DNA of 64,000 nucleotides from Octopus sinensis (Eukaryota): positions 38,440,001 through 38,504,000 of the forward strand of contig NC_043002.1 in NCBI RefSeq assembly GCF_006345805.1, given 5' to 3'. This document shows, one piece after another, positions 12,401 to 23,477 of this stretch; position 1 is the first letter of the stretch, and every line of letters begins with the position of its first letter. The notes below the pieces were generated by a model. It saw nothing but the letters and a program-made list of their open reading frames with translations, searched no databases and was not told the origin of the DNA. A program made the translations under genes and the position numbers.

Positions 12401-13923
12401 AGCCATTATTATTATTATTATTATTATTATCATTATTATTATTATTATTATTATCATCATCATCATCATCTAAATCAAAGTCTGTCGAACATTTACAATC
12501 AGGAATTAGAGCTTCCTTCCTTCAGAGCTTTGAGTAACACTTGCTCTCAACATCTCGTATAACATTCAGGAACATTCTGACTAAAGTTTGTCTTTCATTT
12601 TGATTTTTTTTTCCCTTTTTTGTTTTTCCTTTTTGTTGCTGACACATTTAAAAATAGGTCATAAGAAAATCGGAAATGATTTCTTTTACGTCAGACTGAA
12701 GTAGATTTACGGATCGATTCGTGTGTGTCACTTTGATAAATACAGTGGAAAATTCGCTCTTTACACTACTACATGACTTAATTATGGCATTTATTTCTTC
12801 AGAACAAAATTTATCCTGATTGATGACGACAGAAGCTGTTAATCCATCAGTAAATATCCTAACTTCAAAAACATTTATATCATTCCTATTTTCCTTTTAC
12901 TTTTTCATTATTTTTAATTGCATTTAATTTTCATTTTAAGCTTCTGGAGAATTTCGTGTTCAGTTTGTTTTTTTCTGCTATTTTTACTCCTCAAAGTGTA
13001 TTATATATTATTATTTTCTTTTACGAGAAAGGCTACAAAGCAAAGTATAACAAAAATGTTATATAAACCGTTATGAACCTCTAAACGGTCTTTTGGTTTG
13101 TAAGAAGCTGCAAACAAATCTCTCGTGAATCAATGCCCAAGGTCCTAACGTCTCAAAGCGAAACAACACATTCTAAAATGTACTTTCTACACATACACAC
13201 ACATATATATGTATGTATATATGCCCAATGCATATATGTATGCATGTGCAATATATGTATATATACATATAAGTATGTATGCATAGATATATATAAATAT
13301 ATCTGTGTGCAAAAATATAAACATATATATATAAACAGAAAGAGAGAGAGAAAAGTGTGAACTGTTTTCGTGCAGATAGTGTTGAGGGTAAAAATCAACT
13401 AAAAATAAAATACTTTTTAGTTGATTTTTTTTTCTTTTGTTTTTTGAAAAGTATTGACTCTCCAAGTACATCACGCAAAGCTATATATAATAAGAGGTAA
13501 ATAACGGATGGAAAATTTTCTCTGGGACAGAAATGTAGATCGCTTTTTACAAGCTATTATTTATAAATTTATATGATTTGCCTCGAAATCCACTATTTCC
13601 CAAAATAATTATTGCTCGTTCTCTCGACAGTTCATAAATCCCAACGACAGAAGTTTTCGTTATATAATTCTATTTCTATTTCCTTTTGCATTTTACGTCG
13701 GAATTTGTTGAAAGAGTAAGAAATAGTGGAATTTACTGAAAAACAGACATACACAGTGAGAAACAGAGATAATGGTGAAGAGAGGATATTGATCTCAGTA
13801 GAATCATCTAAGAAAATATGTAACGCAAAGTCGACCCCGGTGTGGTTTTAGCCCAGTTAAATAGCGTAGGGCATTTTATCTCATTCTCTAAAAGACATTG
13901 CCAACTCTTCGAGTATATATTCA

Positions 13924-14330
13924 TTTTACTCTTTTACTTGTTTCAGTCATTTTTGACTGCGGCCATGCTGGAGCACCGCCTTTAATCGAGCAACTCGACC
14001 CCGGGACTTATTCTTTTGTAAGCCCAGTACTTATTCTATCGATATCTTTTGCCGAACCGCTAAGTAACGGGGACATGAACGCACCAGCATCGGTTGTCAA
14101 GCAATGCTAGGGGGACAAACACAGACACACAAACACACACACGCATACATATATATATACATATATACGACGGGCTTCTTTCAATTTCCGTCCACCAAAT
14201 CCACTCAGAAGGCTTTGGTCGGCCCGAGGCTATAGTAGAAGACACTTGCCCAAGGTGCCACGCAGGGGGACTGAACCCAGAACTATGTGGTTAGTAAACA
14301 AGCTACTTACCACACAACCACTCCTGCGCC
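13924..14330 (-). mobile_element. tRNA-derived SINE, family B, full length
   Basis: Reverse complement of GGCGCAGGAGTGG..GTGGTAAGTAGCTTG...GGTTCAGTCCC...GGTGCTCCAGCATGGCCGCAGTCAAA..GACTGAAACAAGTAAAAGAG. Confidence 0.92.
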
Positions 14331-14340
14331 TGTGTGTATA

Positions 14341-14383
<43 letters not shown>

Positions 14384-14519
14384 TGTGTGTGCGTGCGGGC
14401 GGTGGCGTGTCTGTGTGCGTGTGCATACATTTGTATGTGTGCATGTGTGTGTCTGCATGACGCACACAGATATATAGTGAGCATGTATGTATAATGTACA
14501 AGCCCAACTACACACATGT

Positions 14520-14980
14520 ACGCAGGCATGTACATATATAAGAAGCTTGCTCTCCAACCACAAGGTTTCGAGTTCAGTCCCACTACATGGCATCTTGAGC
14601 AAGTGTTTGCTAATACACCCACGAGCTGACAAAAGAATTGTGAGTGGATTTGGTAGAAGGAAACTCAAAGAAGCCCACCGTATACATATATATATGTGTG
14701 TGTGTGTGTTTATGTGTGTGAGTGTGTGTGTGTATGTATATATGTGTATATGTATGTTTATATCTATGTGTGCCTCTTGTGCCTGTATTTGCCAACCCCA
14801 TACCACTTTACAACAATTGTTGGTGCGTTTATTTTACCGTAACTTAGTGGTTCGGCAAAAGAGACCGATAGAATAAGTACTAGGATTTACAATATTCTGG
14901 GGTCGATTTCTTCCTTCAAGACCCTTCAAGGCTGTGCACCAGCATTCCCGCAATCCAATGACTGAAACAAGGAAAGTAGT
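14520..14980 (+). mobile_element. Family B SINE (diverged), head-to-head with the copy at 13924-14330
   Basis: Same head, central microsatellite and GTAACTTAGTGGTTCGGCAAAAGAGACCGATAGAATAAGTAC block. Confidence 0.85.
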
Positions 14981-15069
14981 AAATCAATAAAAATATATAA
15001 TTATATATATATAGGTGATTAAAATAAGGTGATTAAAATCAAAATAAGCAAGAAGGATATCTAGAGATA

Positions 15070-15157
15070 ATGCAGTACGATCGTTTCAATCATCTCCATT
15101 TAATTGAACAATGCAATCATTACATCAATTTAAATGTAGAGCAATCCTCAGCTACAT
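15070..15157 (-). ncRNA. Type I hammerhead ribozyme motif with long helix II (GUA cleavage triplet)
   Basis: Minus strand: AUGUAG-CUGAGGA-[57 nt, partly self-complementary]-GAAA-CGAUCG-UA-CUGCAU; helix I 6 bp with one G-U; helix III palindrome ACGAUCGU. Confidence 0.75.
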
Positions 15158-16447
15158 AAAACATAGAATTAAATTAAATTAAAACAGATGGACACATTAG
15201 TATAATTTTATTTAAGACCTCCAAGAAGGTAAGGAGATAGACAAAGAACATGCTGTCTTCACTTCAGCTGTGTGTGTATAATATACATACGCATGCACAT
15301 ACCTATACATGAGTCTCTGTGTGTGTGTATGAGTTTATGAATATGCATTCGTTTAAGAAATATCTGAAGGAAATTGCAGAACTGTGTCAAAAGAAACCAT
15401 GTATTTCTAATGAGATTTGTTATAGTTAAGTTAAACATATTTATAATATTTCACTTCGTATATGCGTGCATGTGACAGAGAGCCGTAAATTATCTGCAAA
15501 GCACTGAGAAAAGTGAAACCATTTTATAGTGCCACTGACGATTTCCTCCAGAATATATTGCTATTGTAACAATAGGGCCCAAAAGATGTCGTTATCAGAC
15601 TTCAAAACGGTTTTGCTAATGCGGTTATACAACATTTTATGTGACCTAGCATGAACTTAATAAAACCAAGTCTCACGTGGATGATTTCGTAGCCAGAACA
15701 ATAAGAAATTTGCGTATTATGTTTAAATTATCCATGTCCGCCTATTTGTTCAAACAATCCACGTCATAGATTTGTCTAGCGCTGAGAAATCTTCAGAGAA
15801 CATAGGTGAGCGTCAATTTCCGTTCTCGTAGGACTTGTAGGACAATTAAAAAATTTTTCACTCTATTCGAAGACAGTCAGTAGCGGCAGAATGATTTCGC
15901 CAAACTATAATAAAAGCCTTTTAATACATTTCGGCCATCGAAACACCTCTTGTAAACGTAATCACACTGATTATTTAATTGATGTTTGAAATTCAGACCT
16001 AACATGTACTGAATAGCAGATCACGTCTAGCGGTATTCATGCAATCAATTTTCTGGCCCAAAGGAAAATAACTGCGTGTACAGAGTGATTCACTCTCGTA
16101 TATATCTGTGTGTGCGTGTCTGTATGTATGTGTGTCTGTGTGTGTGCGCGTGCGCGCATTGAACGATATTCCTGCGAAGGTCTACGCAGGAATATAACTT
16201 CTGCACATGCTGAAGAATGCATATTAGCAGTAACACATTGGTGTCCTGAATGGGTACCATATAGAATGTAAATATTCGCATGTACCCATCGTATTATCTA
16301 TTCGAGAAAAATTTATACTTAAATTTCACATGAGACGAATTTAGATATTTCATGTGGGGTATGTACTCAACATATATATCTACTCATATGTATCTATTCA
16401 GCATACGTTGTTAATTTGTGTGCGTGTATGTATGTGTATATATATAT

Positions 16448-16487
<40 letters not shown>

Positions 16488-16640
16488 ACAGTGATTTTTC
16501 TGAAGGATTATTAATCCGAGCGAAATGGTTCGTAAGCTCTCTGTTAGTGCAGTAGGCTAACAATGCTGCTTAGATTAGTAAAGGACTCTGTGGCAGAGTC
16601 CGTGGTTATAGGTCATCACATTTATATATAATATATATAT

Positions 16641-16685
<45 letters not shown>

Positions 16686-16724
16686 AGAAAGTTGGTTTGT
16701 GAAAGCACGTGGTTGAATATATAG

Positions 16725-17064
16725 AAAATAGTAAAAAGTGAAAAAACTACAGAAGGCTTACAAGTTAAAAAAATATATATATTTGCGTCAATATGTCTGA
16801 AGAATATTAAATTTTTTTTTTCCTTACGATGACATAGTTTAGAAGAAAGACCGGTTTCGCGCTTAGCTTTTCAAATTTCTTACGACGTTATGATTTCAAA
16901 TTTCATAACGTCGCAAGAAATTTGAAAAGCTAAACGCAAAACCGGTCTTTCTTCTAAATTATGTCATTGTAAGGAAAAAAAAGTTTTAATATTCTTCAGA
17001 CATATTGACGCAAATATATATATTTTTTAACCTTTAAGCCTTCTGTAGTTTTTTCACTTTTTAC

Positions 17065-17070
<6 letters not shown>
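16725..17070. mobile_element. 346-bp fold-back element in (TA)n with an HHR-like motif in each arm
   Basis: Arms 16725-16893 and 16903-17070 are reverse complements with scattered transitions; 9-nt loop. Confidence 0.9.
16843..16881 (-). ncRNA. Minimal hammerhead-like motif with U3-A8 core variant (GUC site); mirror copy on + at 16915-16953 has G12->A
   Basis: Minus strand: AAGAAA-U-UUGAAAA-GC-UAAGC-GC-GAAA-CCGG-UC-UUUCUU; one extra U before the core. Confidence 0.55.
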
Positions 17071-17130
<60 letters not shown>

Positions 17131-17189
17131 ATATGTGTGTGTATTATATTATATTATATATATATGTATGTCTGTGTTTATGCATATGT

Positions 17190-17385
17190 ACCGGAGTAAG
17201 CACATAAATGCGAAACAAGGTGGAAAGAAGAATATTTCCCTCTATTTAACCATCTCACATCGTCTTTGATGAAGGGATATCCCTAATACCCCAGAAACAG
17301 CTGTAAGACTAACTTTCTATTTATAAATGTCCTGAAAACTTTACACAGCTTTGGCCTTGTTGTCTCGTTTTATTTAACATACATA
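17190..17385 (+). mobile_element. Short non-coding HHR-bearing element
   Basis: Starts ACCGGAGTAAGCACATAAATGCGAAACAAGGTGG (related terminus at 22151); loose reverse complement CCTTGTTGTCTCGTTTTATT near its 3' end; microsatellite flanks. Confidence 0.65.
17262..17309 (+). ncRNA. Type I hammerhead motif (GUA site), C3->U in this copy
   Basis: GUCU-UUGAUGA-AGGGAUAUCCCUAAUACCCCA-GAAA-CAGCUG-UA-AGAC; helix III palindrome ACAGCUGU. Confidence 0.7.
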
Positions 17386-17769
17386 TATATATAAGATGCT
17401 TATATAGACATATAGATACATACACAGATGAAAAATATGCATACATACATACGTATTTGCACGTATGACTTTTGCTGAGCACTTGGCTGCATATGTATAT
17501 GTTTCAAACACAATCACACAAATTTCGTTTATGATACACAAACTTGATTATATAATGCTTAAAGTATCATTGTAAGTATCATCTGGTAGTGAATTATTTC
17601 TGGTAATTCTTGTTAGATGGCTTAGTGAACAGAAATTCGAAAACATATGCGTGATTACTGTTTCAAAACTTTATAAATAGAACACGAATAAATAAATTAA
17701 AGGTATTCAATACAAAACCGATATCTAAAATAATAGTAGTAATGATGATGATGATGATGATGATAATAA

Positions 17770-17905
17770 TCTTTTCTGCTATAAGCGCAAGGCCTGAAAT
17801 TTGTGGGGAGGGAACTAGTCGATAACATCGACACCAGTGATTCACTGGTACTAAATTTTGCCGAATGTGACAAACGAAATGCCGTTAAGCATTTTGTCTG
17901 TCTTG
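17770..17905 (-). mobile_element. Degenerate family A-like SINE fragment
   Basis: GTCGATAACATCGACACCAGTGATTCACTGGTACT is the reverse complement of the SINE A core. Confidence 0.55.
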
Positions 17906-17919
17906 GTATCAGCAAACCC

Positions 17920-18310
17920 CAGAAGGGGTCACCAAAATTGAGAATTGCAAAATCCTGTAGGAACGCAATGATCCAGTGCGATTACTTCATCGGAAAACGG
18001 GCATTGATGTGGGGAATAAAAGACATAGAACAGGTATGATAATCGGCAAAGCATACCCCGGTGACAAGAGGATCAATGTGAAAGAAGAGAAAACAAACAA
18101 CTATGACAATTTAAAGTGGAAAACACGAAGGTAGTGGTCAAATAAAAGAGTAGACGTGTAACCAAGAGTAATTGGAGCACTTGGAAGTATCAGTACTCAA
18201 CTACCAACAAGACTGAAAAAAATCAGCGCAAGTGTGAAGGTAGAGCACCTACAAAAATCAGCATTGCTTGGAACTGCAAGAATTCTTCGCAGGGTTCTTG
18301 AAGCATGACC
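17920..18310 (+). mobile_element. Degenerate R4/Dong-like REL fragment followed by (TAA)n
   Basis: WYQQTPEGVTKIENCKIL*... and VIGALGSI...LQKSALLGTARILRRVLEA* match the 1158-2030 C-terminus. Confidence 0.8.
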
Positions 18311-18361
18311 AGTAAAGCAAGTGTCACCTTCCATCATACGCAGCAATATAAGCTGTGAGTT

Positions 18362-18427
<66 letters not shown>

Positions 18428-18429
<2 letters not shown>

Positions 18430-18598
18430 CCTTCCTACTATATGCACAAAGACCGAATTGCTAGTACTTAATTTATTGACCCTGAAAGAATGATAGGCAA
18501 GGTCGACCTCGCTGGAATATGAACTCAGAACATGAAGACGGTCGAAATGCTGCAAAGTATTTCACCCGGCGTGCTATCAACTCTGATAGCTTGCCGTC
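18428..18598 (-). mobile_element. Family A SINE between (TAA)n tracts
   Basis: GATAGGCAAGGTCGACCTCGCTGGAATATGAACTCAGAAC is the reverse complement of the head/core. Confidence 0.75.
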
Positions 18599-18625
18599 GT
18601 AATAATAATAATAATAATAATAATG

Positions 18626-18662
<37 letters not shown>

Positions 18663-19637
18663 TAACAACAACTGGAACCGTGAAAAATTCACGGAAAACC
18701 GATAACGCGCGCGCACATACAGTGAAAAAAGAGAAAAAATGAACAGTAAAAGAGCTATTAGGAGGAAAGATTGCATAGGTTTGTCAAGTGTAGCGTAGAT
18801 AAATTGTTTAAAGCTTAAAATTTTTGAAGGGTGGTTCGTTCTTACACCTTGCAATCGACGCGATAATTCTGAGCGTAAAAAAGTGTTTCAGAAAGTCATG
18901 AGTACTGCGCTGTCTAAATCTTTTTTTCACTTGATAAGCATAACTACGGGTGATAGACATATTCCATTGAAAATGGTGTTCCTTGGAAAACACTTTCTAC
19001 TGATACATCCACCTACACCTTACAATTGTAAAGAAGTCAATGTTAGGATCGTTGATGTAAATAAGTGATGATTGCGGTTCTTTTCACACGAATTCAATTT
19101 TAGACTAATTTTACGTAGATTTCTTCACTTATTCCTGTTCTGTGGCAATCTATTTTAACACATCACATTCTACTGATATGTGAAGAAATAAATTAAATTG
19201 TCCTGTGCTATACAAAATAACTTGAATGAGAAATATTAAATATTTATGAATGTTTTAATGTCTATTTAAATCTTTTAATCAATAACCTATGATTAGATGA
19301 GAGACAAGTGAAAGAAGGAAATAATATATAACCCAAAATGGTTAGTAGCTACTTTCAGAATCTTCAGTGGAAATGCAAGTCAAATTTGGAAGGGGAGAAA
19401 GAAATTTGAAGAACTTTTACGTATACTAATGCATATTTCAATATATGATCAACTCACTGAAAAGCTATACTTCAATAGACATAAATTTGTAGTTCGGCTA
19501 ATCTTCATAACTAAGTCAAACAATTAGTAACTTCGGAATGAATATCAACATTCCTTAGTATAATACAGTATTTGACCGATAGTAAATGTTTCCATGCAGA
19601 GCAGGTGTTTCTCAAAGTTTGCAATTAGAGCCAGTTG

Positions 19638-19920
19638 TTCCTTCTCGAGCTATGCCTGTCTCATAAGGGCCGGTTTCCCGGTTTCCTTGGGGTATAGGTT
19701 CCCCACCGGTCCGTCGCAGGTGAGCTGCAAGATGCAGGAGGAAAGAGTGAGAGAAAGTTGTGGCGAAAGAGTCAACAGAAGCTCGCCATTACTTTCTGCC
19801 GGAGCCGCGTGGAGCTTAGGTGTTTCACCCATAAACACACACATCGCCCGGTCTGAGGTTCGAACCCACGATCCCTCGACCGCGAGTCCGCTGCTCTAAC
19901 CACTAGGCCATGTGCCTCCA
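19638..19920 (-). mobile_element. Full-length tRNA-derived SINE, family D, with 16-bp TSD
   Basis: Head TGGCCTAGTGGTTAGAGCAGCGGACTCGCGGTCGAGGGATCGTGGGTTCGAACC; TSD CAATTAGAGCCAGTTG at 19622-19637 and 19921-19936. Confidence 0.95.
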
Positions 19921-20538
19921 CAATTAGAGCCAGTTGCAGCGGAAATTATATGACATGAATCTCGATTGGTGCAACACCGGTTATGGATTAGGCATGATCG
20001 ACTCTTCAATCTGTAGCCAAACACGTTATGAAGTCTGCCAGATACTAGCATTTTACTAAACTAGTATGGTACCAGGAATAGGGGAAATGCTCGGTTTTAT
20101 TGAAAATACCATGACTGATGCATTTGTTTACAGTCTAGTGACTTTTATAAGCAAACATTAGAACGCATGTGAAAATATTGGTCTCTCAACAATGATTGCA
20201 TATTCCTTTCTAAAATCAATAAGCATATCGTCCAAATCTGTTCAAAAATGTTCTAACAGATTTGAAGGAGAATGTACTGAACACTATTGTATTTCACCAT
20301 CAGGAAACACCATTTCCCTTGAGATGATGTGTTCTCATGACATATGCACTTCAGACTTTGGGGGAGTTGTTTCTTCAATGAAATTTATCCTGGGCATACA
20401 TATGAAATCATGTGCTCACAGGATACAGGAAGTAACAAAGATATACGAGAGTTTATCAGGAATCAAATTTAAATTAAGCATTTTCTGCTTATTTAAATTT
20501 TATATGTATATATATATATATGTATTATTTATACACAA

Positions 20539-20592
<54 letters not shown>

Positions 20593-20868
20593 AAAATTTT
20601 GCAATTAAGGACAACTACTTAATAAGGAAAACTTAACAAGAAATTGTCAGGTAGATAGCGTAAAAACCTCATAAGAGAAAAAATTTCGAAAATAATTATT
20701 TCTTATTGAACATATTAATTTATATATAGAGGGCATAATTATACATACATGCCAGGAGGCATTATATATACATGCCAAACGCTAGGAGGGACAATCAGTC
20801 ATTTCTACCAAAAATATTACTAATCCCACCGAATGCAATTTTTCAAAGTAAGACATTTAAAAATATAT

Positions 20869-20916
20869 AGGCCTGTATCACAGTGATTTCATACTTACGT
20901 AATCATCAGCAGGCCT
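20869..20916 (-). ncRNA. Type I hammerhead ribozyme motif (AUA site)
   Basis: Exact reverse complement of 21156-21203. Confidence 0.85.
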
Positions 20917-21155
20917 GAATGTATTATAAATAAACAACGACCCTGCCTCGCTTAAGCCGAACAGCTAACTGATCAACATCAACAAAGCACATGGGTGAGT
21001 TTATATATATTACATCCGGGTGAATGGCAAACTTTTACAAAATTGCATTTCGGGAGAGGAAAAGTTTTTTCGGAATAAAAATTTTGCAATTAAGGACAAC
21101 TACTTAATAAGGAAAACTTAACAAGAAATTGTCATTGTTTATTTATAATACATTC

Positions 21156-21203
21156 AGGCCTGCTGATGATTACGTAAGTATGAAATCACTGTGATACAGG
21201 CCT
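21156..21203 (+). ncRNA. Type I hammerhead ribozyme motif (AUA site; predicted cleavage after 21196)
   Basis: AGGCCUG-CUGAUGA-U-UAC-GUAA-GUA-U-GAAA-UCAC-U-GUGA-UA-CAGGCCU: 7-bp helix I, intact core, GNRA-capped helix II, palindromic helix III. Confidence 0.85.
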
Positions 21204-21343
21204 ATATATTTTTAAATGTCTTACTTTGAAAAATTGCATTCGGTGGGATTAGTAATATTTTTGGTAGAAATGACTGATTGTCCCTCCTAGCGTTTGGCAT
21301 GTATATATAATGCCTCCTGGCATGTATGTATAATTATGCCCTC

Positions 21344-21415
<72 letters not shown>

Positions 21416-21759
21416 TTGCAATTCCATTATACGTTAGATAAAAAAAAGTACTCCATCCATTGTAAAATAACTATCATTTAAAATGCACAATGACAAAAAT
21501 TACATTTAAAATACACAATTACATGAAACTACTAGTAGTTTCATGACTTACGGTATTTAAAATTGGCAGATCTAAATATATGATGCCATGTATCTCCATG
21601 CAATCTTACACGCTCAGTTCATAGTTCGAGAATCATTTAAAAACCGGGAGGTCGATCTATGAAAAAACATAAAAGCTGAGATATTGCACAGTGCTGGCAA
21701 AAAACACAGTGTTTGTATATTAAGTATATGTGGTCGATAAAGTGTTTGGTGGTTGTCTA

Positions 21760-22130
21760 CTCCTTATGCAGAGTTTGATCACCTCCTGTACCTGCATCTT
21801 AGAAACATCATGGCATCTGATGTGACTTTTTAAATCAGACAATGTTCTGAAAAGGCACCCACATAGATTGCACATCCGATTTGGACCACCAAGAGCTGCA
21901 GAGGAATTCTGATGTTTGTGGATCTTAAAATGTTTTTGAGGCCTCTGTTAGATTTGCAAACCTTCTGGCATACACTGCATTCAAATGTGTGCACAGACAT
22001 ATAGGCAGAATAGTTGGTGGAGGTTCGCTTTCCATGGTTTCGCAAATGAGATTTAATCCCTGCAGAAGATAGGCCTGGTCGGTCACAAACTATGCACACA
22101 AAAAGATCATTGTCATTCCCCTTTTCAAAC
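21760..22130 (-). mobile_element. 3' end of an RTE-like LINE encoding three tandem C2H2 zinc fingers (one frameshift)
   Basis: CIVCDRPGLSSAGIKSHLRNH / CSVCQKVCKSNRGLK-HFKIH / CNLCGCLFRTLSDLKSHIRCH, then VIKLCIRSRQPP. Confidence 0.65.
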
Positions 22131-22150
22131 GCTTTATAGTATATATATAT

Positions 22151-22486
22151 ACCGGAGTAAACACGTTAATGTGAAAAAAAGTGGAAAAAAGACTACTCAA
22201 ATACCAGAGGTAGAGTAATATGCTTTATTTAAAAGCAGCAGAAATTTAACAAAAGTTGTTACTCAGAGTTTCATGTTCCCGTTCGTCGGACAGTTTTGTT
22301 AAAATAGAATCGATATGACAATTCTATCAAAACTAGTATAAACTAGTATAAAGGTGTAACGTTTATACTAGTCTTGATAGAATTGCCATCTCGGTTCTAT
22401 TTTAACAAAACTATCCGACGAACGGGAACGTGAAACTCCGAGTAACAGCTGTTGTTATATTTCAGCTGCTTTTCAATAAAGTATAT
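22151..22486. mobile_element. Fold-back non-coding element with an HHR motif in each arm
   Basis: Arms 22218-22343 and 22361-22486 are diverged reverse complements; 10-bp tandem AACTAGTATA at the centre; left end ACCGGAGTAAACAC after (TA)n. Confidence 0.88.
22409..22450 (+). ncRNA. Type I hammerhead motif with C4 core variant (GUA site); mirror copy on - at 22254-22295
   Basis: CCGACGA-ACG-GGAA-CGU-GAAA-CUC-C-GAG-UA-ACAG; consensus of the two arms restores helix I CUGU/ACAG. Confidence 0.7.
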
Positions 22487-22582
22487 GTATATATATAGAG
22501 AGAGAGAGAGAGACAGGCAGACAGTCAGACAGACATACATACAGACAGACAGACAGACAGACAGATAGACAGACAGACAGAC

Positions 22583-22624
<42 letters not shown>

Positions 22625-23444
22625 TAGATAGATAGATAGATAGATAGATAGATATAAAGGCTGGTTGTATATGTAAATTTGCATGAAAGAGTTTTTAGGG
22701 ACTACTCCCATTGTGTGTAATATAATACATATGTTTCTAATCATTTGTACTGGCCGTAAGTGTAAATGATGAATACGCGTGATTTTGAGTGTGTTTAGGT
22801 TTGTCTCTATGTACATATTAGCACACTCTAATAGTGATATTTTCCTTTATCAATATTATTATGATAAATGGAATATGCGTGTGTGTAATTGTGTACGTTA
22901 GGACGTCAGTCTAGGACAGTGTCTAAGCGTATATATTTATGCATTTCTATGTGTATTTTCGACAACTAAATATTTTCGTGTCGTGTTTCTGCGGGCACAC
23001 TTAGATATATGCTTACACATGCACACATACCTAAATGTGTGCATGCGTGTATGTATGCGTAGTTAATTTCCATGAAGGCGTTTGTCTCTTTGTCATAATG
23101 TACCGGCCTATTCCACGCTTTTATACACCAAGAATATACACACATGCAAATGCATCCAAGAACTATATGGATGTGTTATGTGCATGTGCACGCACCTGCG
23201 TATGTATGTATGTATGATGTGTATGTCCCTGTTTCCGTGTACGACTGAATATACGTTCTGTTTTCAAGTATGCGTTTTCCTTTTTTACTTCTGTAATTTG
23301 GCTTTTCATTGCTATAGATTGGCACACTACACATTCACATACACACACAGGCGCACACAAACACACAACTGTGCACACACAGGTTTATATATATGCACAT
23401 ACATACTTGAACATATATAAATACACATACACATAAGCACATAC

Positions 23445-23477
<33 letters not shown>

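Larger units (their letters stand above)
20590..21354 (-). mobile_element. Non-autonomous PLE pseudo-LTR/retrozyme-like element: 485-bp unit, 60-bp direct repeat, 220-bp inverted duplication
   Basis: Direct repeat 20590-20649 = 21075-21134; inverted arms 20718-20937 and 21135-21354 look identical; (TA)n both sides; no ORF. Confidence 0.88.

Noticed and set aside
19335-19375. Minus-strand CUGAAGA-UUCU-GAAA-GUAGCUAC-UA with a perfect 10-nt helix III palindrome
   Set aside because: Helix I does not pair (UUCCA versus ACCAU) and only 4 nt are available for helix II; kept out of the HHR count.
19860-19915. tRNA-like sequence
   Set aside because: It is the head of a SINE bounded by a TSD, not a tRNA gene.
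20190-20480. Decayed coding-like minus frame with weak Harbinger-like IFVTSCIL segment
   Set aside because: Similarity too weak to call by eye.
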